A stretch of 64,000 nt of DNA, taken from assembly GCA_028534125.1 (NCBI GenBank), contig CM052816.1, positions 21,764,001 through 21,828,000 of the forward strand, written 5' to 3'. This DNA comes from Lama glama. Lineage: Eukaryota. The position numbers and the translations under genes were made by a program. The notes under the pieces were generated by a model. That model ran no database searches. It had not been told where the DNA came from and saw only the letters and a program-made list of their open reading frames with translations. This document shows positions 23,201-35,200 of the stretch, in pieces; positions within the stretch are counted from its first letter, which is position 1, and each line of letters begins with the position of its first letter.

Positions 23201-26200
23201 TATCTCTGGAGGCCCAGGAAGGCAACCAGGGCCCTGACAGATGGTGAGTCTCCAGGCAGAACAGCTCGGGGCATGCCTTCCAAAATGAAGCCTGGATTTG
23301 TACATGGTGCACCACTCTGCAAGAATTCTGACCTCAGCATCTCTCACCCTTCCTGGCCTGTGATAGGATACAGGGGTGCTCCCAGTGAGAGCACACTGAC
23401 AGCAGGGGGTGGCACAAACTGGCAATTCTGTTCTCTGGCTGGTTTTCTGTTCCTTGCTGATTGTAAGACTCTTGGGTTGACCTTCAGAAGGCCGAATTTG
23501 GCTCAGCTACAGCCCCAGATGGGACGCAGGGCTGTCCCCCACACAAATCATGCAGGATAAGTGAGCTTGAAGCTCTGGCTTGTTTGTATCAAGAGGCAGA
23601 AGTTACAGGCACTTGTATAGCAGAAGCTGCAGTGTGTAACTAGTCAGTGCCTGGCACATAGTAGGCATTGAAATATTCTTTGTTGAGTGAAGGACTATGT
23701 GTGTGGGGGAGCTGGGGCAAGAGGATGGGTAGTGTTTTCATGAGGAGAAGTGTAGTTGCAAAAATGCTGATTTGACTCCTATTTCCCTGAACACCTACTG
23801 TGTATCAAGCGCTGTGTTCTATAATCCCCCCACGCTTTTCCTTTAATCTTACCCACAACACTGGTGCTGTTATTCCCATTTGATAGATGAGACACCAAGA
23901 CACAGGAGGTTCCATGGTGAAGCAGCTCGTAAGAGCTGTGAGACCATGTGCTCAGACTTCCAGATCAGGAAGGGACCACCTGCAGGATCAGGCAGAGACT
24001 GAGCCCCTTGAGCAGGCTGATCAGTGGGCACAGACAGGGAGCGATTCTTGGATGGGGAGGGTTTAAAGAGAAGACAAGTGCAAAGGACCAAGAACTGAGA
24101 CTGGCACATGGGAAAGGACCCACTAAGTGTTTGCTAAAGTTATAACAACTTGAGCTAGGCCTTCCTCAAAGGAGTTGCAGGATTCTGACATGCAGAAAGG
24201 AAGTCCGGGAAGAAAAGGCATTCCAAGAAGAGGGGTCCGTGTGAGGAAAGATTGGCAAGAGGGGTGAATGAGAGCTAGGGACAAACTGCCCAGCTAGTGA
24301 GTTCTCCAGAGCTGGGCCCTGCAGGCACTAGAAGTCTGAGCCAGGCAGCGTGGGCTTTACTCTGTGTTGTAGCTACATCAAGGACTTATGACCAAAACTG
24401 GACATGTGGATGGCCAACGTGACACTATCCCCGTGCTCCACAAGCCACGTGCATCCCCTGGTGGCACATGTTCCACTGAACTGCAGTCTTTGGCCTCCTC
24501 TACTAGCCCTGTGATCTCCTTGAGGGCAAGGCCAGGCACTTGCCAGGGTGTCTCCTCTCTGTACCCCAACCTGTGGCTGGACACACGGTGTGCATCAGTG
24601 TTCATTGCATAAATGAATGATATGAAGAATTCCCTGAGTATTATTTATTTTAATAGTGATATGTTTTACAAGCTGTTTTCTTATAAGCCCATTAGCTGAC
24701 AGCAGACCTTGAGTGAGCTCCTCCTCAGTGCCAGGTTGTGTGTCTACTGGGGTATGATGCCAATATGGGAGAAGCCACAGGAAAAGCAGATGTGAACCCT
24801 TGTGGGCAGAGCCAAGTCAGTCTTCACTGGAGCACCTGGAACAGAAGGAGGTGTTCCAGAAGTGTTGATGAACTAATGAATGAGTGATTGACCAAACTTG
24901 CAGCTCTAGGGTGACTGGTTTACAGAAAATATTCTTCTCTGAGGATAAAATGTTATTGTTTCCTTAGAGCTCCAAGTGTCCAGTCTCTCAGTAGGCTGGG
25001 AGCTCTGGCCAAGCAGAGCTGAAAAGAGGCCCCAGTCAAGGTCCTCAGCTCACTGCGTGATCTGGTGTGAGATGGCTGTATTCCCTGCGTTGGCCTGGCC
25101 AGAGTCCCTGCTAACCACCCATTGGGCTCCAGGAGGGGAGCGCTGTGAGTGAGATGCTACTTTTGGCCCTTGGGGTTGTCCTTCAGGTCCGGCCCAGAGG
25201 CAGTGTCACATGATCACTCAGCTATTCTGGGAGCCCACAGTTGGTGTGGCCATCCCCGGGCCTAGTTCCTTTGTGTGGCTCCTGATTCATGTGAGGCTTG
25301 GGGCTTGTGACAAGCAGATGTATGAAGATGGGAGATGGGGTGGGACAAATTCTGAGCCAAGCCGACCTGTCTGTTCTGAGACTGAATCTGTAATCTTAGA
25401 GCCTGAAGAATTTCAATCCCAAGAAACGCCATCTGTGCCTGTTCACCTGCTCTTCCCAGAGACACTTTCCTTTCCCAATCGCTACTCCAGAGGGTGTGGG
25501 TGCCTGGAGATTGTCCATGGAGAGTTGAGGGTGGGTTATCTTCTGCTTTGTCATCTGCTCATTCAGGCCTGCATTCCAAGACAGCCACTTCCTGGGGCTT
25601 TAGAGCAGGAAGCCAGGCCAGGATGGTGCCAGTGAGGTAACAATCAGCATCTCAGTTTCCCGACCCTGGGGTAAGCAAATCTCCGTTGGCACCTGTTGGG
25701 GCCAGGGACAGACCTAGTGATTGATGGCTGTTGGAGGAATGGAGAGAGAGGATGGCAGGCCCAGGTTGAATGGGCACTTCTTGGACAGAGCCCACTAATC
25801 AGCACTGGCAGCCCTGCCCCACTCACAGCACACCACAGCTTGGCCCATCAGCACAGGAGGTGGATACCGAGGGACCGAGCAGGACCTGTCCTGCTACAAA
25901 GCCCTATTTTTCCCTCCAGTGTGTTTTCCCTGTTTCCCTGTTTTCTTTCTCCAAATTATTCAGAGGGCTAGGTCCCCAGCGGGGCTCCTTCTGACCACTA
26001 ACCCTTGCCCGCCTTGGCTATAAACCATTCTGGGCACTGACGGCAGGTCCTGCCACAGAGATGGGAGGGCGACTGACAGGGACAGCAAGGTCAACCAGCA
26101 ATTAGACAGTGGGGCCAGCTGGAGGCCACATGGCAAGGACAGTCAGAGATGGGGATAGGAAGGTAGTCAGACCTGGGGTGTAGAGAGCAGCAAGACGGAA

Positions 26201-29200
26201 TAGGCTAGGCAGTGAGATGGGACAGGGAAGTTGGCCTGAGGCTGGATGGTGATGCCCTGGAGGCCAATGAGAGGAAAGCATGAATCAGTATGGAGAAGGA
26301 GGACTCAGCTGGGACCCATCCAGGCCTACAATTCCCCCTAACTTTGGAAGGGGCAGTGCTTCTGGCCCTTCTGCTATGTCCCCTAGCTGCATGAAGCCAC
26401 TTAGTCTGCAGGACCCTGCTTGGTGGCTGGAGAAGTTAAGTGTTCATGGTGACAGTACCTTCCAGTAGATGGGTTAGATGTGCTTCTCTAGGGGTACCTT
26501 CAACTCACCCATACTCAGCCTCCACCCTACCTGCAGGCTGCTCCCCCCAAGCCTGGCTCTGCTTGGGGTGGTGGAGGGAAAGGGAGGGCAGGCCTTCTTC
26601 TGGCCAGTGGGCTGGTGGGAGATTTGGGTACATGTGTCCCTGATCTCCTTTCCACAGGTCAGACAGCAGGGGAGGCTGTGACCTGTGAAACCCCCTTTTC
26701 CATCTGGACTGAAGTTTCTTTTCTCCTTCTCTGCCTCCTGCTTCTTCTCCCTGGGGCAGCCCCATGAACCCTCACAGATTCATGCCTGGCCTCTTGGCTT
26801 TATGGACATATTGTGTGGCCTCAGCTAATAGTAGGAAGACCTGAGGGGATAGGCAGCAGTGGACTGTCATCAGAGATGGGCGTTTTCTTTGGGCTGAGCA
26901 GCTGACAAGGCCTGTTTCCCTTGGATCTCAGATCTGTAGAGCATCCACGAGCCCTCTTGGTTCAGAATCAGTTCCCGGGTGGTTTTGTCCTAAATTTCCT
27001 CTCAGGCTAAATGATCATATGTGTGTTTGAGATCTTGCTGTGTCATGGTCTCCTGTTTGGGAGGCCGCGTATTCATGCTCCCTAGGATACAAGGCTTGTG
27101 CTGTGTTCATAGGTTAGCCTCACCCGTGCTTATCCTGTCTCTACGTGGACACCTAGAGTGTGCACTGTTTTGTGCCCAGTTTCTTCACTCAGTATCATTC
27201 ACAGTGCTGTGTGTAATGAGGAGGTTTGCAACAGTACAAAAATGTGGACAATGATGGCAGTACCATGAAATTTTCAAGTTAAACGCATTTTAGTTAAATG
27301 ACTGTCCTTTATTCTGGGATAACGTTTTTCCATCTGTATTGTAATGAAATGTCCTGGGAGTTTGGTTGGGGTTTTGGTTTATTTTGTTGCTGATACATTT
27401 GTGTGTGTAAGTGTGTGTGCTGTAGTAAATGGATAGCTCCTGGTGACCTTAGGGTGTCAGAAAAGTGGCATTTCTGGCCTCTGAAAGTTTGAACAAGATT
27501 GGGTCTGACCTTGTCGTGGTGCCTCTGTTGAGGATGGAGTCTACATTCTGGAGTGTGATCATGCGCCCTGGGGCTCTGGGTTACACACCCACCCGCAGCC
27601 TGAGGACCCTTGTGGTGGCAGCACTTCGGGCAGGAGGCGAGGATACATGAGGCCTCCCTCCATTCTTAAAAAGTCCTCTCTGTGCACCGCAGGGGCTTTT
27701 GTTTACTGTCACATTTTCCTTCCCATTTCTTTTTCCACATTTACCATCAATACCACAAGTGTTACTGAAGCTCCCTTGTTCGAAAATGTTGCTACTTGGG
27801 ACCCAGTCATTCCTATTTCTGAAAAGGTCAAAACCCACAGAGCCTCAGAGTGAGCCAGTCCTGTTTCCAGGTCCCACCCGCCCTGACCTGATGCACTGCC
27901 TCCTCCACAGCGGCCACAGAGGCCTCCAGCTCCCTCTGGATGGATGGTGGGTTTAGTGAGATTCCAAGTGGTGGGTGCTCTCAGTGAGCCGGTGTGAACC
28001 TTGTCCAGTGGCCTTCCTGGGCCAGCCGGGGCCTCATTTTGCTTTGGTCTGAAAGAGATTTTTGTTTTCCGGTGAGAACAGCCCCGGCCTGGCCTGGTGC
28101 CGGAGCCAGCGGCAGGAAGACAAACCCTTTCATGTGACAGTCCCAGAGTAGAAAGGTGCAGGCCTGCCAGCAGCAGGCCCTCCCCTGCCTCTGCTCCTTG
28201 GGAGGCAGTGATTTGCATATCCCTCATTCATCCTGGCCTTGAAAAGGAGGTCTGAGTTCTCAGTGCTCCCTGCCCAGCTGAGGGCTGGGGCTGCTTGAGC
28301 CTGGCGTTAACCCTGTGGACGCCACAGGCTCTCACTGGCCAACAGTAGGTCCTGGTGGCTGGAGGGCAGTGAAGACAGCAGCTGCTGTGTGGCCCTGGCC
28401 TCCAGAGGGATGATCCAGGAGGTAGCAGAGTCCCTTTGACCAGCACTTTTATCAAAGTACAGGGAAGCCAGAAAATTTAATCTATTTGTCAGATTTCACA
28501 GAAAACCTACCTTTAACCAAAGGCAAAACTCCCTTTTCTCTGCTTCCTGTCATTCCTGTGAAATAACAATGACCTCGGAATGGTGGGTAAAGGTGCCTTA
28601 TTGGCTCCTGGCTGCAGCGGTGGTCCCTCTGGCCAGGCTCTGGAGGTACAGCTTGCCTGGGACACTTTGGCATCCTAAAACCCCAACGTGCTAGGTCAGG
28701 TGAGCTGGTGGACACAATTAGCTTGTGACTTTGACTTCAAATGCACTAGGCTATGTATAGTACCAACCAGAGTCTTACTCCTTCAGCAGCTGAATGCCAT
28801 CCTCCCAGCCTCAGTACAGCCAGATCCCTGCCTCCTTCGCAGAAGCCCTGACATCTTACAGGCTCTCCCTGTGACCTACAACCCACTCTGTCGCCTTAAG
28901 AGCCCTCCTCCCCATCCTGCTCCTGCTCTTCTCCTTGTTCCCCCTCTCTGACTGAGGATGTGTCTCAGGGTCTGTCTTTTGTGAATCTCTCCTTGAACAG
29001 AATGTATCCAGCTGCTCCTGAGTGAACAAGTGGTCAAGCAGATCCTTCTATAGCTCCTCCCACCTCAGTGGCCCCAACCATATCTTAATAGGACCCTCCT
29101 CCCAACTGGAAGGAGCTTCCCTCTAGCTGGAGGAGGTCACATCCTGTCCCAGCTGTACCCTGGCCACCTGCACTTGAGTGCTGAGAGCATGGCCCTGCCA

Positions 29201-32200
29201 GGAGCAGCCCATGTTCTCTATGTGAGCTTGAGCCTGTAGGGGTTGCATTGTGTCCTCAGTTTGGGCCAGTGATGGAAATGGATCACTGCTCCTGAGGCCA
29301 GGTCACTGGCAGCCCTAACATACATGGGCTGGGAGGGGAAGGGATCATGTTGCAGCCACAGGATTAGGCTTCCTGCGTAGTGGGGCCTGGCCAGGGGATG
29401 TCCCTCTGCTTGTGTGGTGTTCTTGGCCCTCACCAGTATCCCTAGGGTTCTGCCCGCTGTCCCAGGGTTTGGCGTGGAAGGAAGGACGATGAGGCCGAGG
29501 TTCATCCGCACCATCAGTCCTGGTCATCGTACCCTGGAAATATTTCTAAAGGGAACGCTGCCATTGTCTTAGCCTCTGCTGCCCCTACTTGTTCTGAGAA
29601 TTTTGTTGGACCTGATTCATGGTAAGTACAACTTTTATCTCAGAGCTCGTGAAAGACACTGTGTTTCTTTTTGCGCTTCTGCTCTCAAGGCTGTTTGTAT
29701 TTTTAAGTCCCTGAAAGTGGTGTTTGAACCTGGCTTCTCGATGCTGTCGTCAGGAATGTGGGCCCATGGTTCCTGACCAGGCAGGGCTTAGGGTGAGTGA
29801 AATTCTTGAGAAATGCTGGCATGAGGATCGGAGGTGGAGGGCAGTGGAGGCTGCTTCCCGCACTGAGTGAACTGTGAAGGGAGGCATGTTCACGGCGGTT
29901 TCGGGCTCTTGAGACAGGTGGCCCTGTGCAGTGGTTGGGCACAGCCAACCATAGTTAGGCCCTTCCGCATTCAGAAGGCTTAATTGAACCTTCACAGCTA
30001 TAATCAGACTCCTTAGGGAGGTTTGGTGGGTGAGCCACCATGTAACCCAGCAACTCTGAATCCTAGGCCTGTCTCCCATGGAGGATGTGCAGTGGGTCTC
30101 ACCTGGCAATTCCCAGCTCAGGGAGGCCCTCAGCTCCATGCCTGCCCCAATCGTCTGTGGTTCTCTGACTCTAATTAAAACCCAGGAGGAAGGTGGAGAG
30201 AAAGCCCTTCTCTCAGCGCAGACTAGCTTGACTCTCTATGTGGATGGGGTGGGTGCCAGGCTGAGTGTAGGCTGCTGTGTTTGTACACTTCCCGGGGCAG
30301 CACTGCTGTGCTGTGACTCCAGGGCTCTGGCCCATTGTGTGGTTTTTTCATCAGCCAGGACCTTGGGTGTCTCCAGTGGATTTTCTGCCCCAGAGGCTGC
30401 CCTGAGAAGCGTTAAAGGAGGTTTTCATCTTATTTAAAGACATCTTTGAAAATGTCCAGATAAAAGTAAGGGTCCTGCTAAGAAGGAAGGGAAAGGGGCT
30501 TTGTGGGCAGAGGGTGGGTCCTCAGGCATTTGTGCATTTTTTTTACATTTTTTATTGATTCATAATCATTTTACAGTGTTGTGTCAAATTCCAGTGTTCA
30601 GCACAATTTTTCAGTCATTCATGGACATATACACACTCATTGTCACATTTTTTTCTCTGTGACATTTGTGCATTTTTTAAAGCTTCTTCTGGGTGGGTTG
30701 CCTGGAGACTAGGGCCTGGGGGCCCAGATAGGCTTGTGCCAAGTTCTAGGTGAGGACCGCTGAGGCAGGAAGCTCCTGTGTGGCCTGCCCTGGGTAGTGG
30801 GGTGAAAAGTAGAAGCCGTATCAGCTCCAGGGAAGGTGTTGCAAGACCTGCAGGCTCCCGAGTTTCCAGGCAGGTTGTGCATCCAGCTCTCAGGAGGGCA
30901 CTGTTGCTGGGACAGTCTTGCTGCAGAGGAGGTGGATTATATTTGAGAAGACAGTGGCCCTGTCCTGGAAGACTTGGAGACACCAATTGTGAGTGGGGTC
31001 TAGGGAGGAGAGGGTGGTAAGCTGAGTTCTGTGGCCGGGAATTGTCTTTTACCCTCCAGCAGTGGCCACCATGTGCTGGCCATGGAAGCTGGCAAGAAAA
31101 AAGACCATAGCTGATCCTCACTGCCACTCCTCACCCTGTGGGGAGACCTTGCAGGAGTGAGGCTCTGGGAGTCCCAGGACCTCAGCATCTCAGTCTGCCT
31201 GCTAGAGGTGTTGAGGGAGTTTGGGACTCAGCTTCAGTTCTGACAGGCCAGGTTGTGAATTCTAGCTCCAGGATAGCCATTCCCCCAGTCAAAACAGGAA
31301 AGTGTCTCTCAGGCAGGCATTGAGGAGGACCTGGTATGCTGCCCTGGGGTCTTGCAGGGGAGCTAAGTCAATATCTTCCAGCTACTAACTCTGGTCCAGA
31401 GTATCCCCACTGCCCAGAGCATCTCTGAGCAGATGTTTTCTCTGAGACTGTGGCTAATCTCCTTCCTCTCCCCAAGTAGACTCCTTGTAGCCTTGGGTGG
31501 GGGTGATGGGGAGCAGAGAGAGCCCCCAGAAGGTGCTAGAGGTGGAGTCTCTGGGCCGATGGTGCAGGCCTCCCTAAGCACAGGAGATCTTGCATCCCCA
31601 CCTCCACTTCCACTACTTCCCACCACCCTCACCATTCATGCTGCCTGCAGGTCCTAGCCCATGGCTGAGGCCCTGGCCCTTAATCAGTGCCACCGATCGA
31701 TGTGTAAAGAGGCTTTGTCCTTAAGTAACCTTTTGGATGATCTCCTATCCAGGACTGAAGACAGGCTCGGGGTGGGGAGAAGCGGAGGGGTGTGAACTGA
31801 GGCTATCTTGACTTGGCAGAGTCAGGGTTAAAGCTGAGTTGCTTGCCTCTGAGCTGATCTGGGCCAGTACCGCCCCTTGTGCGGGGGTGGGGTGGGGCAG
31901 TGGGGACCTTGAGGGCCCAGCAGCTCCCCATAGAGCTGTTCTGCACGCGGGTCTCTGCTCCCATAGCTGCCAAGGAGCCTCTGCCACCACTGCTAGAGCC
32001 TCTGCCACCAGCCGGCTTCTCAGAACAGGCATCCGTTGCCATTGCCTGTCCCCAGGAGGGCAGACTCGGGGCGGGGCCTTCACCACTTCTGTGCTTTGAT
32101 CAAGATGTGGTAAGCTCTCTCCCTGAGCCCCACACACCCTTTATAAAGGGAGGCTGGTACTAGTTGGACCACTCAACCGCCTCCCCAGTGCCAGAAGCCT

Positions 32201-35200
32201 GCTGGAAAGGTACAGTATAAATGCATGTAATTTCACAAGTTGTCTTTGAGCCCTTTTGGTTGGCAAAGAGACAGAGTGACTGCTTCAGCTGACTTCTGTC
32301 TACTGAGTGTTTCCCTTACTGCATGCCTGGCACCACACTCTGTCCATGAGATTTTTGAGATGAGGCCAGAGGGACGAAGTGACTTGTCCAAGGTCATACA
32401 GATATCAAGAGTCTGAGTCAGGATTTGGACCCAGGTCAGTCCAGCACCAGAACTCCCCTTTGGGCCCTTTCCCTGGCTGGTTTGCCTGGGACCCTGGGTC
32501 CTAGGAAGATTGTGATTCCTTTTAGAGCTCTGCGTTGGAAGTTAAGGAGATTCTTTAATGATGAACTGGCTTGCCTTGTGCTTTGCCACCATTTCTGAAG
32601 GCCTCAGAGGTTTGCAGAAACCCAGAACTCCATTGCATGGACCCCTACCCATTCCAGGCTGATACAGAGAGGAGCTGATGTGCCTCTAAGGGGAGGGAAG
32701 AGTCTGAGGATCGTGGAGAGTCTCAGTGCCAGCATGATGAGTTTGGATTTTTGTCCTAAGGTAGGAGGGAGCCTGATAAGGTTTTTGAGCAATGGCATGA
32801 TTTGGTCACTTCTGTATATTGGGAAAATACCTTTGATACCAGTATAAGCACTGGTTAGAACAAGACCTGTGAGGAGGCTGGTGTGGGAGTCTGGACTACA
32901 CTTGGTGGTGGCTGGACCAGACCAGGCCAGGGAGATGGAGAGGAGTGGTTAGGTTTGGGAGATGTTTAGGAGATAGTCCTGACAGAACCATCCAGCTATA
33001 TTGTGAAGGTCTAGAGTGCTGGGGTTAGGAGACTGGACCAGCAGAGGGTTCTTGGAGCTGAGCCACAGGCCCCAAGGACATCTCCACCAGATACATGCCC
33101 TGAGGCTCTACCTCTGCCACCTTGAAGTCAGTATGCTTCCTACCAGGGTCCCCTTCCCCTCATTCTGTCCCTTCCGGGTTTTGAGAGCTGTGCCTCTTGC
33201 TACCTACCTTCCACGTGCCCTGCATTAGCAGAAGACAAGGTGAGGTAGGAGGGTCCCAGCCCTCTCAGCCTGTGCCACCACTCAGTATTCTGAACTGGTT
33301 TGTGCCAGAGGAGGAGGCATAGGATATGCCGAAGGAGAGGAGGCTAGTTGATGCTGAGGGCTGGGTTATTCTGCCAGGTGAGTATTTACAAACATTCACA
33401 GCTGCTCACTTGGCAACACCAGCACCACTGATCCCCTTGGGTGCTGTCTCCCTTCCCCAGCCCCGCCCCATGCCCCATGCTGCTGCAACCAGGAGAGCCC
33501 ACAGCTGGGACCTCAGGGACCACTGACTCCAAGCCCAGGTCAACAGAGAGGGAGCAGGGTCAGAAGAGGCCAAGGCCCTGTGAAATAATGAGATGAGACC
33601 AGACTCCGGGCCCAGGCTCTGCCCTGCACCATGCCAAGGGCCAAGGTGCCAAGGGCCCAGTGGCACAGGCTGGCTCTGAAGCCCATGTCCTCAGAGGACC
33701 TGAAGTTGCAGCTTTGCCGTGCAGTGCTCCTGGTCTGAAGGGAATCTCAGGGTAAATGCAGGCAGCCCTGACTGCCTAAAAAGTCCTGTGAGCCTGGAAG
33801 AATGGCAGCCTCTCATCGCTGCCCAGCCAGAAGGGGGCACAGTCCCAGCCTCAGGGCCAGAAGAGCTGCAGTCCCTTTAGACGCCTCCTTAGAGGTGAGC
33901 ACCTAAGTAGGAGCCTGAGGAGGGGAGGGTGGCCAAGCCCTTTTCCTACCGTCCTCCTTCATCTCAGGTGAGTGGGCCTCCTAGAGTAACAGAAGCCAGC
34001 TGTGGAAAGATGGCAGGTTCTTGATGTGAGGCCCAGAGGGAGCTCACCCGTTGTGTGCACGGTGAAGAGCAAGTGACTAGCCTGACTGGCTGATCCCTGC
34101 TTACAGGCTCTGGTGGCCCCGTGCTGCCCTTTACCCCACCAAATCCTGGGCCTGGGCTCTTCTGGGCAGGTCTGGAGCTGGTTCTCTGTGGGTTCAGCAC
34201 TACTGCAAAGGAGAGCATGGGTTGTGAGTATGGATGGTCCAGTGTGGGCAGGGATTGGAGTGGCAGTACAACCCAAGGCAGAGGTTTGGGAGGCCTTAGT
34301 GTGAGGCTGGAGTCCTGCCTGACTCCCCCATTCTCTCGCTGTGCACCTGTGAATGGCAGGTAGCTTCTTCAGCGGAGTCTCTATGTTCCCACCTTAGAAA
34401 GAGCATGCGGAGTTGTGAGAATTGAGCAGTGCAGTGAGTAGGCATGGTCTTCCTAGGTACCAGGAATTCAGGAAGTTCAGACAAGTTCTGCTCTTCCCTC
34501 TCATGGGGCCTGTGGTACTGTGGTGACCAGTGAAAGCTTGGCACATCTGGGAGACCAACCTTGTACAAGATTTCATGGGCTCAAGACTTCATTTCCTGAA
34601 TAGAATATTCAATTCGCTAAGTGCTCCGTGGTCTCTCTCAGCTCCGGCCTTTGTATGTTTGCTTCCCTCTACTTAGAACACCTTTTCCTCTTTATTCTTC
34701 AGCCTCAGCATTAGTACAACTTCCTGCCAGAATCCTGTCCTGACTCCCTGTACCTGAATTGGGCATCTCCTCTGGCTCTTCGTGCCTGATCACAGCTCAA
34801 ACAACACTCATAGCACTGCCAGCTCCCTCATGTGTCTCTCCCATGGGACTGCAGGGAGGCCCACATCTGACTTGTCCCAGTGCCCAACACTGAGCTAGAT
34901 AAGAGCAGGGGCCACGAGAGAGTCTGCTAGGTGAATGGATGAATGGGTGGGTGGATGGATGGCTTGGACACTTGGGGCTATACTTTGTGAAAATCACAGC
35001 ATAGCAGCCAATACCTACTTTTGGCTGCAGCTTAGGGTCTGTGAGCAACTTCCAAGGATCAGAAGTGTAATGGTGAGGCATTCTTCTAGGGTTTTGTCTA
35101 AAACTTTTGGGACCACATCACTGCGCCTCACAGCTGGGCAGGGGCTTCTTGGGCCTTGGCTTCCCAGCCCTTGGAGTTAGTTCAGCCCATTAAAGGAAAT

